From Heptranchias perlo (Eukaryota), in assembly GCF_035084215.1 (NCBI RefSeq), contig NC_090340.1, positions 24,118,001-24,182,000 on the forward strand: DNA of 64,000 bases, written 5' to 3'. Under the pieces are notes generated by a model, which had not been told where the DNA came from, did not search any database, and saw nothing but the letters and a program-made list of their open reading frames with translations. Numbering within the stretch: position 1 is the first letter of the stretch; every line of letters starts with the position of its first letter. The position numbers were made by a program, and so were the translations under genes. This document shows positions 1 to 12,340 of this stretch, piece by piece.

Positions 1-194
1 AATGGATGAGCTGGAATAACTTGTTAAAGGAAATTCTTTAAGTTATTAAATAAAGAATTACAATAATTCTTTACGAGATTTTTTTCTCCAGTTTTCTTCC
101 TCTTTCTTCCCTCCTCTCCTAAAGTGATTAAGTCTGCTGCTAGTGTTCAGATCCACAACTCTCAGATACTTTGACCAAATAACCTTTATCAAAG

Positions 195-585
195 GTTCTC
201 ATTGAAATGTATAAAATCCTGACAGGGCTAGACAGACTGGATGCAGGGAGGATATTTCCCCTGGCTGGGTGGGGGGGGGGGGTCTAGAATGAGGGATCAC
301 AGTCTCAGGATACGGAGTAGGACATTTAGTACCGAGATGTGGGAAAATTTCTTCACTCAGAGGGTGGTGAACCTGTGGAATTCTCTATCACAGAAGGCTG
401 TGGAGGCCAAGTCACTGAATATATTTAAGAAGGAGATAGATAGATTTCTAGACACAGAAGGTATCAAGGGGTATGAGGAGAGAGCGGGAATATGGTATTG
501 AGATAGAGGATCAGCCATGATCATGTTGAATGGCGGAGCAGGCTCGAAGGGCCGAGTGGCCTACTCCTGCTCCTATTTTCTATTA
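195..585 (+). mobile_element. CR1-type LINE 3' fragment
   Basis: Translation ...SRMRDHSLRIRSRTFSTEMWENFFTQRVVNLWNSL..., followed by the gatcagccatgatc...ggcctactcctgctcct 3' UTR. Confidence 0.85.
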
Positions 586-819
586 TGACAGTCAATGTTA
601 ATTGGGTATTTGACCCTAGGGTGATGTCACTTTTGAAATATATACTCTCCTCATGACATGCCCAATTCAGTGGCGACCAGGAGCAAGAATTCGAAGTTAC
701 TTTTTCCCCTTCCTAGCCTGGGATTATTGAGGAAAATTATAGTGTTGCACCACCACCCAACATGAGATCAGCTAAATCAATACAGACACAAAGATTAAAT
801 CTAGAACCTTACTGATTGT

Positions 820-1105
820 TACATAGAATGTACAGCACAGAACCAGGCCATTTGGCCCAACAGGTCCAAGCCAAAAAGCCACTCGGCCCAATAGGTCCTC
901 ACTAACCTCGTCCCACTCTTCTTCATTTAGCCACATCAACATATACTTCTATTCCTTTCTCTCTCATTTACTTATCTAACTTCCCCTTAAATGCATCTAT
1001 GCTAGTCGCCTCAACTACTCCATGTGGTAGTGAGTTCCACATTCTAACCACTCTCTGGGTAAAGAAGTTTCTCCAGAATTCCCTATTTGATTTATTAGTG
1101 GCTAT
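820..1105 (-). mobile_element. CR1-type LINE 3' end (related copies at 8570-8712, 21322-21500 and 55585-55940)
   Basis: acatagaatgtacagcacagaa...ggccatt tail; the reverse strand encodes NFFTQRVVRMWNSL. Confidence 0.75.
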
Positions 1106-1247
1106 TAAAATACACTCGTGGACATAATCCAAGTTTTTAAGTTGCTCGTCAACCTGTCGTGACTATCCAGACTGAAACCAAAGGGATGGCTAGACTGGGA
1201 GCCCCAGATGTTAAAAAAAAAATTAGAGTGAAGCAGAATTTACCAAC

Positions 1248-2040
1248 TGTGACACCGAGATACAAATCGGGTGGACAATGATATCAATTGCACGGGGAAA
1301 GAAAAAGAAAGAAAAGAGGAAAAAAAACTGATATTTAAACTATAATAAAACCAACAAGCGTGACTAATCGATATAACACCTAATCTAAAAGATAAAATAG
1401 ACAGAAAAATCGAATTAAAATGACAAATACAGAATAAAATACAATAATAAAACATGAGTAATAAGACATAAGTCCATAAAATTTAAAACAAGGAGTTCAA
1501 TAAAATGTCAAAATATCAAGGAGGGTAATATCATGTAGACAAGGAAAACTTGTCGAGACGGTGCCAGATTCACTCTTGGCGAGGTCCCTTGAACACGAAA
1601 TTGATTGCTCAATCTTCCCCGGTTGGAACTATCCGTCGAAAGATGGTCCATATACGACGTTCCTCAGAATCTCAATGAAGCGGTAATACCGGGACAATAG
1701 GAGTTTGCCCAGTGTACATTCCAGCGAATTACTTTTTGCTTGGGTCTCTGATTCCACAAGCGGGGATCTTTTTTCCCCGGACGTTCCCACCTGGATGGGA
1801 GCTAGCTCCTTTGTTTTTTAAGTCCACTCCTGAGGAAAGTGATTTCCCGACATCACCTGTTTGTGTCTTCCTTGAATGACCATGAGATCGCACACGGCAA
1901 ACTGCGATAGAGAAGTTCACAAGAGTACCATGGTTGAGAGTTCTCCGGGCAGCCCATTTAGCCAACTTTTGTATGTTGTTGCACGGCGGGACCACGAGGA
2001 GGCATGACTCATTGCGACTGAGAACCCACAAGAAGTCACA
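1248..2040. mobile_element. Candidate solo LTR
   Basis: Bounded by TGTGAC...GTCACA (TG..CA, 6-bp inverted ends), about 790 bp, with an unusually CpG-rich half and an A-rich half. The TSD is not clean (ccaac / gctac). Confidence 0.35.
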
Positions 2041-2094
2041 GCTACAAAACTATGACTCTCCAAGGAAACAAAGCAGAGTCATAGTTACTCCCGC

Positions 2095-2805
2095 CTAGTT
2101 CTGGTCTCCCCCACAAGTGGAAACATCTTCTCTACGTCTGCCCTTTCAAACCCTTTCATAATCTTAAAGAGCTCTATCGGGTCACCCCTCAGTCTTTTCT
2201 GTTCTAGAGAAAGGAGCCCCAGTCTATTCAATCTTTCTTGAAAGGTATAACCTCTCAGTTTTGGTATATTCCCAGTAAATCCTTTTTGTACCTTCTCCAG
2301 TGCCTCTATATCCTTTTTATAATATGGAAAACAAAACTGTTCACAGTATTCCAAGTGTGATCTAACCAAGGTCCTTCCCTCTTTTCAATTCTATCCCTCT
2401 AGAAATGAACCCCAGTGCATTGTTTGCTTTTTTTTGGCCTGCATCGTTACTTTTAGTGATTTCTGTATCTGTACCCCCAGATCCCTCAGCTCCTCTACCT
2501 TATTTAGACTCTTATTTTCCAAGGAGTATATAGACACCTTATTCTTCCTACCAAAATGTACTTATCTATATTGAAATTTATTTGCCAATTACATGCCCAT
2601 GCTGCAAGTTTATTAATGTCTTTCTATATTTTGTCATCCTTCTCAGTATTAACTATACCCCCCAATTTGATGTCATCCGCAAATTTTGAAATTGTACTTC
2701 CGATTCCCGAGTCCAAATCATTCATGTAAATGGTGGACAACAGTGGTCCCAGCACTGATCCTTTTGGAACACCACTTCCCACCTTTTGCCAGTCTGAGTA
2801 ACTAC
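2095..2805 (-). mobile_element. CR1 LINE RT fragment (continues at 3561-3690)
   Basis: VRSHLEYCEQF..PYYKKDIEALEKVQK...RLRGD; KFADD and GSVLGP motifs are visible on the minus strand. Confidence 0.85.
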
Positions 2806-3560
2806 TTTCTAAATGGTAAAAATTTTAAAACAGTGGATGTCCAAAGGGACCTAGGGGTACAGGTACATAGATCATTGAAGTGTCATGAACAGGTGCAGAA
2901 AATAATCAATAAGGCTAATGAAATGCTGGCCTTTATATCTAGAGGACTAGAGTAACAAGGGGGCAGAAGTTATGCTGCAGCTATACAAAACCCTGGTTAG
3001 ACCGCACCTGGAGTACTGTGAGCAGTTCTGTGCACCGCACCTTCGGAAGGACATATTGGCCTTGGAGGGAGTGCAGTGTAGGTTTACTAGAATGATACCC
3101 GGACTTTGTGGGTTAAGTTACGAGGAGAGATTACACAAATTGGGGTTGTATTCTCTAGAGTTTCAAAGGTTAAGGGGTGATCTGATCGAAGTTTATAAGA
3201 TATTAAGGGGAACAGATAGGGTGGATAGAGAGAAACTATTTCCGCTGGTTGGGGATTCTAGGAGTAGGAGACACAGTCTAAAAATTAGAGCCAGACCTTT
3301 CAGGAGCGAGATTAGAAAACATTTCTACACACAAAGGGTGATAGAAGTTTGGAACCCTCTTCCGCAAACAGCAATTGATACTAGCTCAATTGCTAAATTT
3401 AAATCTGAGATAGATAGCTTTTTGGCAACCAAAGATATTAAGGGATATGGGCCAAAGGCAGGTATATGGAGTTAGATCACAGATCAGCCATGATCTTATC
3501 AAATGGAGGAGCAGGTATGAGGGGCTGAATGGCCTACTCCTGTTCCTATGTTCCTATGTA
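2803..3560 (+). mobile_element. CR1 LINE 3' fragment nested in an older CR1
   Basis: QRDLGVQVHRSLK, LYKTLVRPHLEYC, FYTQRVIEVWNPLP and a (gttcctat)n tail; tacttt occurs at both junctions. Confidence 0.9.
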
Positions 3561-5371
3561 CTTTTAACCCCTACTCTCTGTTTCCTGTTTTGTAGCCAGC
3601 TTGCTATCCATTCTGCTACTTGTCCCCTGACTCCACATGCTCTGACCTTAGTCATGAGTCTACTATGCGTTACCTTACTGAAGGCCTTTCTACCTCACCA
3701 TTTACTCACCAACCAATTGGGGAGCCCATTGAGAAAACTTATCAAGTAAAATTTAGAGTAAGGCATTGCCATGATGTACTTTGTTAGTTGAGCACAGGTC
3801 AGGGATAATTCAGTGAAGGAACTCAGCTAATTTGTTGAGCCTAGCTCGGAATTTATTGAGAGGAAATTACATAATTTGTTGAGAGTAGGTTGGGGTGGTC
3901 TGTGGGGGAAAGAGTAATTTATTGAAGTTAGTTCAGGAGTAATCGACAGGAGTTACTTCGTTGGTTGAGTATAGTTTGGAGATAGATTATGAAGCAAATT
4001 GCTTAATTTATTTTTGCATACCTCAGGGATTATTCACTGAAATAAGTCACTTCTTTTATTGACCGTGGCTCAGGAATTACTTGTTGAGGGGAATCACTGA
4101 TTCATCAAGCACAGCTCAGGATAGCATTGAGGAAGATCAATAAAATTATTGAGCCCCTTTCCATGATAACTTACTGAGAGAGATTTTTCATTGACTGTAA
4201 CTGAGTACCAATCTACTGAAAGAGATTGAGTTGAATAAGGATTGTACTATATAAATAATGAAAGATCCAGTATAACTGTCAGTTAAGACTAGGAACTAAA
4301 TTTGGGTCTCTAACTCAGAAGTCCACCACCCTCGTGTGAAGTTCCAGGAACTATTTTCCTATTCAGGGATCTTTTACCAGCTTTGATTGTATAAATCATG
4401 ATGATAATGGGGCCCTACATTAACTTATAAGGGTGTGTTTTCATATAAGGCACAGAGAGCACTACAAACTATTGGTGAAGATGCTGACGAAGTGGTGAAG
4501 ATTACCAGAAAAGTAGCTGGCAGGAAAGGAAGGCGCTGGCGAATGCAGCAAGAACACCCACAAGTTCACCATTCTCAGGCAACTAATTATAATTGGGTCA
4601 CCTGGTGGGTTGTTCATCGATAGAGATGGGATGGATGAGAAATATGCAAATATATGTGGTTGTTAGTCATCCAGCACCAGGTGAGCCCAATAAAACAGCT
4701 CAAAAAAACTGGAATGAGCCCAAGTGAGCACGTAGAGGGGTACAGGGCAAAGACAGCATTGGGGTGGCATAGACCTCATGCCAGATTATGTAAGGTAAAC
4801 CTCAGACTATGTAATCTTGTATCTTTTACTTGCTTAGAAGGGCAGCAAGCCAGTGTTGAACGGTGGAGATATGAGGAAAGATGAATATTTAAGGAATTTT
4901 GATTATGTTTGGAAATCAGGGAGCATGTATGTGGAATTTTATGGGTGAGGTAGAATCCGTGATCGGGCAGATTGTATATGGTGTGTGGAAGGAGTGGGCT
5001 TGACGGGCTAAACGGCCTTTTGTTTTGTTTCATATTTTCTAATGTTCTTAAAAAATTAATAAATTCTGCATTAGCTGTAATTTGGATATCTAAGGGATAT
5101 TTGTGCCTGTTGTAGATTTGCTAGAGAACTGCTAAGACCCCATCGGAGAGTCTGGATTCCAGACAATTTTCCTCTTTCTACAATAAGCACTCAATTTACC
5201 TCTTGGTGATTTTTTATGTTCATCAAGCATTGCACCTAAATGCTGAAAAATTAAATACTTTTCCACTTTTTGTTATCCAGTGCTAGCATTCTCTACTATC
5301 AAGTCATGCTATGCACAAATAGAGGCAGAGTAAAGCTCCCTCAACAATGTACTTTAACCTGAACCTTAGAC

Positions 5372-5737
5372 TACAGGATGGACTGCAGCAACTCACCAAG
5401 GCTTCTTCGACAGCACCTCCCAAATCCACGACCTCTACCACCTAGATGGACAAGGGCAGCAGGCACATGGGAATACCACCACCTGCACGTTCCCCTCCAA
5501 GTCACACACCATCCTGACTTGGAAATATATCGCCGTTCCTTCATCGTCTCTGGGTCTAAATCCTGGAACTCCCTACCTAACAGCACTGTGGGTCTGTGGG
5601 AGTACCTTCACTGCATGGACTGCAGCGGTTCAAGAAGACGGCTCACCACCACCTTCTCAAGGGCAATTAAGGATTGGGCAATAAATGTTGGCCTCGCCAG
5701 CGACGCCCACATCCCCCCATGAATGAATTAAAAAAAG
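5372..5737 (+). mobile_element. LINE 3' fragment (same family as 15908-17087)
   Basis: CSNSPRLLRQHLPNPRPLPPR...SKSWNSLPNSTVG; 3' UTR gcaataaatg..ggcc..gccagcgacgcccacatccc plus an A tail. Confidence 0.85.
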
Positions 5738-7390
5738 ACAACTAGCCCTACTACATTGGGCGAATATTTCCATTTCCCCACATACTCATGGCCTCTCTGA
5801 AATGAGGGTGCCATTTCAATGTCAATTTATGCCAAAATGTGGCCAATTTTCAGCTGCGGGCCCATGCCGGTTGGAAACTGAAAAACCTAATTTCACATTG
5901 GAGACAGCTGCCAAAGAGAGGAGACATTCATCTTATTCAAATTGGATGTAAGCTCAGGTTCTAGAGTTGAGAAGATGATATACTATTTCACTGGGCATTT
6001 AGTTTCCCACATAGATGGGCTAATATTGATTTGAGCTTTCAATATATGCCTGTAAAAGATCCCAGAATAGTAAAATGGTTCCTGGAACTTCAAACAAGGG
6101 TGGTGATATTCACAGGTTGGACCATCCTTCTTCTACAACCAAGGACAACAGAGGTACGAAGAGAAAGGAGAAAGTAAGAAAATAACAGACCATGACAAGA
6201 AACACTAGCCTGAATTTTCAGATATTGATGTTATTTATATCACAATGGCTATTGGTGAGTTTTAGATAGATGGAAGCATGCTATTTATACCTAATTTACC
6301 AAGGTTAGCTCATTAATATAGTTACAGGTGTAGATTTGGACAAGTGAAAGGACCACATTAGTGATGGAAGTGCAAAATTGACTAAATAAAATTTAAATAG
6401 AGAGGGACAATTAAAGGAGAGCATCACAATAGGGGACAAAAATTCTGAAAGGCTTTCAAGAGACTTTAAAGGCATCTAAACCCATCAATAGCTTTCTGCA
6501 AAGCTATAGGGGCAGAGGCTGAAGAAGAGACAGGTAAGGGAAAGGAAAGCTAAGGTCCAGGCAAGTGACGGAGCAGCCCAACACATGACACCCTGTTTAA
6601 TGGCCACGGAAGAGCTATCCCCATTGGTCAACATTGCAGCGTGTCTGTGTAAGGAAACCTCTTAAACTCAATTAGATGATTCCTCGTGGTTCAGGCTCGA
6701 ACGTATTGTCCAAATGCAAGTTTGTTACTCAGACACCAATAGTATAATAACTATTAATAGTTATACAATAAATTCATACAACCTGGTTTCCTGCAGACCC
6801 AAGGTGATCCGGTCTGGCTTTTGTAGGTTAGACTTCCGACAGTCCTGTCCGCTTAACTCCAACAAGCCCGCAACTCATTCCCCTTACATGTCCAAAAACT
6901 TTCCCATCTCACATGATGCCCAGAATGTATACTGAAGTGAGGTTCCTCCAGACCTCAACATAATGGCCATGTTGATAGTTTAATTGCTAATCAGTTTAAC
7001 CTGATGTCTCCTGCCAAGCAACACAAAGGGACAGGAGATGCCCTGGGCATCCCAATTGGATAATGTGATGACGGGCTGGCCTCCATTGTTCCATCTAATC
7101 TCTGATAGTAACACATATCCTTATCTGATAATCACATTGAGATGTGATTAACTTTGATGGGACGCAAAGCAAATTCTAACAGCCTGCAAAGAGGTGCAGC
7201 TAAGTTTCAGGTCACTGCTGAGCATTATCATCACTGGACGTACCAGCCCAATGCTGCATGGTGGCTGCAGGTGTCCTTGCAGCAGAGGGCACATCTCTGC
7301 TTCTGTTCCTCTGCTGACCTGTCGCAGTGTCTGTTATTAAATTGTAATTCTTTATTTAATAACTTAAAGAATTTCGTTTAACAAGTTATT

Positions 7391-8003
7391 CCAGACACTG
7401 CGACAACGGATGAACGGACACCGCGCAACAATCGCCAGACAGGAGGGTTCCCTCCCAGTCGGGGAACACTTCAGCAGTCAAGGACATTCAGCTTCCGATC
7501 TTCGGGTAAGCGTTCTCCAAGGTGGCCTTCGAGACACACGACAACGCAAAATCGTCGAGCAGAAATTGATAGCCAAGTTCCGCACCCATGAGGACGGCCT
7601 CAACCGGGATCTTGGGTTCATGTCACGCTACATGTAACCCCATCAGTGAAAAAAAGTTATCTGTTTTTAATACAACTGGTCATTCTCTCTCTTTCTCTGC
7701 CTTTCGGATGTTTCTCTCTTTCTCTCTCTCTCTCTCTGTCTTTGTGTTCTGACTGTTTGTGTATTCAGTAGTCTTGTATGTAATGTTTCTCTGTCTGAAC
7801 ACTATTCAACTCCTTTGATTGCCTTGATAACGGGCAGTTGGAAAGATTATCTGTAATCACCAGGCATTGTTCTCTGACTATATATGCTGTACCTTTATGG
7901 AATCCATCACTCACCTGACGAAGGATGAAGCCTCCGAAAGCTTGTGATTTCAAATAAAGCTGTTGGACTATAACCTGGTGTTGTAAGACTCCTTATATTT
8001 GTC
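7391..8003 (+). mobile_element. Penelope-like retroelement, 5'-truncated: GIY-YIG endonuclease C-terminus plus 3' pLTR
   Basis: Translation QTLRQRMNGHRATIARQEGSLPVGEHFSSQGHSASDLRVSVLQGGLRDTRQRKIVEQKLIAKFRTHEDGLNRDLG is the typical PLE endonuclease end (HF...H, E..LI..F.T...GLN.D.G). The downstream UTR has a hammerhead motif and AATAAA. Confidence 0.88.
7911..7947 (+). ncRNA. Minimal hammerhead ribozyme motif in the Penelope pLTR
   Basis: tcac-CTGACGA-a-gga(tgaagcc)tcc-GAAA-gctt-gtga: conserved CUGANGA and GAAA boxes, stem I tcac/gtga, stem II gga/tcc, palindromic AAGCTT at stem III. Confidence 0.75.
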
Positions 8004-10741
8004 AGGTTGGTGGGCCAGGGCCTGCAGAAATGGTTGGTGGCATCTTAGCTAGTGAGGAAAATTGGGCATCATGGGCTTTTGATCACTCTGGCATGCTTTC
8101 TTTCATGCAGTGCCACTGAAAGAATGACGTGCTGCGATTGGGGTGCTTCGCAGGCAGCATCCAAACATTACAGTTCATCCGGCATTCACTTCTCTCAGTG
8201 ATGTCACTGGAGATCTGCTGACCCAGTTTCCTTTGGGAAGAGGAGCCTCCACTGGGTCTAATTGTCTGCCAAACTGAGATATGTTCACCTCTGTCTGCAG
8301 TGCAGGTATGCAGATACCAGTTGGTGGTCACAGTGCACCTATCATGCAGCCTGCACCTGCCTGGCATCCCTCCCTACGGCCTCCTCTAGCAACTCTGGAT
8401 GTCCATTTCAAATGGGCGCTCTTTACATCTGTGGTCCTGAAAGTTAAATGATGACGGGTGAATCTACCACAACTGGTACCACACATCATAACACATGAGG
8501 GACTGGCAAAACTCAGAAACTTGCCGCATTTCTGCCAAGTTGGAAAGTTCACTTATTTTCTGATACTTACGTAGAATTTACAGCACAGAAACAGGCCATT
8601 CAGCTCAACTGGTCTGTGCTAGTGTTTATGCTCCACATGAGCCTCCTCCCACCCTACTTCATCAAACCCTATCTGCATATCCTTCTTTTCCTTTCTCCCT
8701 CGTACTTATCCAGATTCCGATTTACCCCACAACTGGCAGCATCAGGAAATCAAAGCTACTGTGTCAAAAGGACAATCGGATTTTCTGCACATCAAAAAAA
8801 AAGTTTAGATTGTGTAATTTTCTGTACTATATTCTGCTCTCGAGAACAATGAATTAGAACTTGCCATGTCACATGACACCACACCGTCATAGTGTTTACA
8901 AATACTATGCTAGTCTTCAGGGAAGCTACTGCACCCTCCTTAGCTATATTTAACGAGGGAAAGATTTACTTCATTTAATGGAATCCCAGGAGGCCCAGCC
9001 TCTGACAGCAGCTACTCATTATCCCTGTGCAAGCAAATTGTGTTACTTTCCTTACAGCCATAACTGTTAAGTGTATATAAATTAATTGCATCAATTGATG
9101 AATGATTGTGTTCAAATGCATGAGCAATTGGGAACTCTCTGGCTCCCATATATAAGGGAGTAGGCTTGGGGAGAGGGTGTGGGCTTGTGTGAGGGATGCA
9201 TTGGGTGTAATGTGAATCCCAGCAAATAAAGTTTATAAGCAACTAAAAGTATTCAGTCCTTCGCTGTCTGACTATCCAGTTCGAGCAATAACCACTTTTA
9301 TGGTTCGCATTGACGGGAAGCTAAAGCTGGAGCTTAATTCTCAATGCATGACCCCTTGAAAAATTCATTTTCTAATCGAGATTTATTTCTGGTGCAGATG
9401 GACAAATGGACAATCCCAGGGCAGGCAGGTCACTGAGTTCAAATGGTTTTCATGCCTGTCAACTGAGAATATTATTCCCAGCATTATTCAAAGTAGAATT
9501 TGATTTAAGATCAGATTGATCTATTAAACCACAGAGAACTTTGTTGATTAAACAACTTTTACCTGATTCACTAATAATAAAAAACACTGAACAATTTACC
9601 AGTGACGATGTAGAGGACCACTTTTGTCTTTCAATGCTCTTTTCTTGTTTCCGTTTTCTCCTATTGCTTTTCTTCCTCCCTTTTGTATCGTTATTGATAC
9701 CTCATGTATTGTGTGAACTGTGAATAAATGCAGCATTAATAGTTTTTGTCCAAACAGTCTGTCACAGATGGACACAGGCCAGTGATACTGGGGCCCACCA
9801 TCTCCCATTAAAATCAGATGAATGAAAGGAAGTACAGTTTCATTTAGAACTTACCTTAAGGATTGATTCCATCAGATGAGATGCCACCTTGAGAATGGTC
9901 ACATTACCGATAAGTGATTCTGATAGACCCTAACCTTTATACCTCAGAATCCAATAAATAATCACTACTATGGTACAACTCCACTTAAATCACAATCACG
10001 CATCTGTCCATTTTTTTAAAAGAGTCATTTAATGTAATCCGAAATCCACGGCCATACTTCTTTTGAAGAGGATTAAAGTTTGTCAGTAAACGTAGGAACA
10101 TAGGTATTGCTAGATGAAAAAAGACCACGGTTCATCTAGTTCATCTTCTACCATCCTGGTAATTGCATGGTACAATGATAATGAAGTTGTTGACTATTCA
10201 TAACAATCAATCTCTATCGATGGTGGTAATTTTGATTTTGTGTGATAGTGTAACACGGGTGATTGCGAATCAGCAGCCCCTTTTACATCTATCCTGACTT
10301 CAATAAAAATAAAAATCGGGATTGATATAAAACGAGATCTTTTCAGTCACACTACTGCCGCAGACCAACCACACGCTCATAACCATTGAGCAACAGTTAC
10401 TGCAGTAATGGTTATGTGGTTGCCATGGAGCCATTACCATGTAAACAGAATCCCACTGAATCCCTGCTCCACCGGGTCAGCCTTTACCAGCATTAGTCCA
10501 GAGCTCTGTCAATCGGTGAAACAATCAGGTGGTCAAATAATTAGATGCAAGTAATAATGCTGCTCGAAAACAACACAAGTAAAACAATAACATTATCACT
10601 TTCGACCAATGAGATAACTTCCAGCCATCCATCAACCCAGCCTAATACAGTGCCATCCATCTCGTGGGCATGCATTTTGCGAATTAGTCTGTTATATGGG
10701 TTAGTGCCAATGCCTTCTTGAATTCCAGGTAGATAATACAT

Positions 10742-12340
10742 AGGACTATAAATTGGGCCGCGTAGTAAACACGTTTGCGCACACGCAAATAACGAATGCT
10801 GGCATCATGTAAAGTAGGGAGAATATGTGGTAGATCAGTGCGCAACGCTGATTTAAAGGGACAGATTCGATTTTGGAACTCAACACTCCAGTCAACGCAC
10901 TGTCTTAACCTCGCACAGTTGAACAGGCCGTAAAGAGCATGGCGGACCCCCCACAAGCTCTATTTAAAGGAATCATGCAGGATTTACAGGTTAGTTGCTG
11001 GATTATTGCTTCTGGTTGCTGATGCATTTGTACCTCTTTTTGGAGATCTCCTATTCTTGAATACTGGGACTAGGGGGCATTGCCTAAAAATTAAAGTCCG
11101 GACTTGCAGGAGTGAAGTTAGGAAACACTTCTACACGCAAAGAGTGGTAGAAGTTTGCAACGCTCTTCTGCTAATGGCAGTTGATGCTAGCTCAATTGTT
11201 AATTTTAAATCTGAGATTGATAGATTTTTGTTAACCAAGGGTATTAAGGGATATGGGGCTAAGGCGGGTATATGGAGTTAGGTCACAGATCACCCATGAT
11301 CTCAATGAATGGCGGAACAGGCTTGAGGGGCTAAATGGCCTTCTTCTGTTACTATCTTCCTATGTTCCCATAATAAAATTTCAATACTCTACAGGAAGTG
11401 GGCTGGCTGGCTGACAGGCAACAGCAAGGGCACTGGCAGAGTGGCAGGGATGGGACAGGAATGCTGTCATCCTGAGAGAGGACAGCAAGTTCATGTTCCA
11501 TGGAGCCACTGCCACTTGCTGCCACGTGTTATGCGTCACTTTCTCCTGCAAGAAAGCAGGACGTGTGTCGGTGAGTGTCCTGCAAGATATTTGGGTGATG
11601 TGCCTGTCACGGCTGAATAGCTGCCAGTGTGTGTGACCTGAGAGTTGTGGGTGTGGGGCTTGCAACAGTGGTAATGTGTGAGGGTGAGAGGAAGCATCTG
11701 ATTGGAAGAGTTGAATTGATTGAAAGAGTTTGTTGGTATGTGGGTGATGGGGGGTGTAGTATGTGGAACAGTGGATGCAGCTAGTGGTGTATTTGGTAGG
11801 AGATGCCAGTTGACAGTTGACCTCACTCACCTTGACCACTCGTATCAAAGCATTGAATTTCTTCCTGCACTGCATCCATGTTCGTGGTGCTATGTGCCTG
11901 GCATTGACTTTGTCCCCTATTGCCTCGGGAGCATATGCCTGGAGGGCCCCTTGCCCCCCTGCGGATATAGGATGCCCCTCCTTCTGTCCACCTCTTGCAC
12001 CAAGGCCTCTAGTGTATCATCAGAGAACCTTGGTGCACACTCTCTCACGGGCCTGGTGCAAACTCAGATTTGCAGATTGGTGAGGTCTGGCATGCAGATT
12101 GGAGGATGTGGGATTTAGTAGTGGGCAACCTTTATTCAATGTTTTAGCATAACTCAACATAGGGACGGGATCTGCATCTGTGTTTTACGTGTGCGATGTC
12201 TGACCTCCGTTCAGACTCCATGCGGACCCGTATCTTATATTTTGCAAATAAGAGGTGTCTGCATCTCAATGACCGGGCGCGGGTTAATCATGCACAGCGA
12301 CCCCTGTGCCCAGTTTCAGGGGTTATCCAATATAACCCCC
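10742..12340. mobile_element. Older Harbinger-type element carrying a Myb/SANT relic, interrupted by a CR1 fragment
   Basis: Minus-strand translation includes APRFSDDTLEALVQEVDRRR and MQCRKKFNALIRVVK|gtgagt...cttgcag|EKVTHN. Terminal motifs ggactataaattggg / tccaatataacccc. Boundaries are approximate. Confidence 0.65.
11060..11370 (+). mobile_element. CR1 LINE 3' fragment
   Basis: TRGHCLKIKVRTCRSEVRKHFYTQRVVEVCNAL... Confidence 0.85.

Noticed and set aside
1190-1212. tRNA-Pro primer-binding-site-like TGGGGCTC on the minus strand
   Set aside because: Only about 8 nt match, it is not adjacent to the candidate LTR end, and no internal retroviral sequence follows.
6329-6864. Possible solo LTR (TG...CA with AATAAA near the end); similar hints at 9040-9293 and 52090-52560
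   Set aside because: No TSD or second copy in the window, so it cannot be supported without a genome search.
6900-8550. Very old Harbinger transposase/Myb relics flanking the Penelope insertion
   Set aside because: Only faint motif echoes are visible; too degraded to call by eye.
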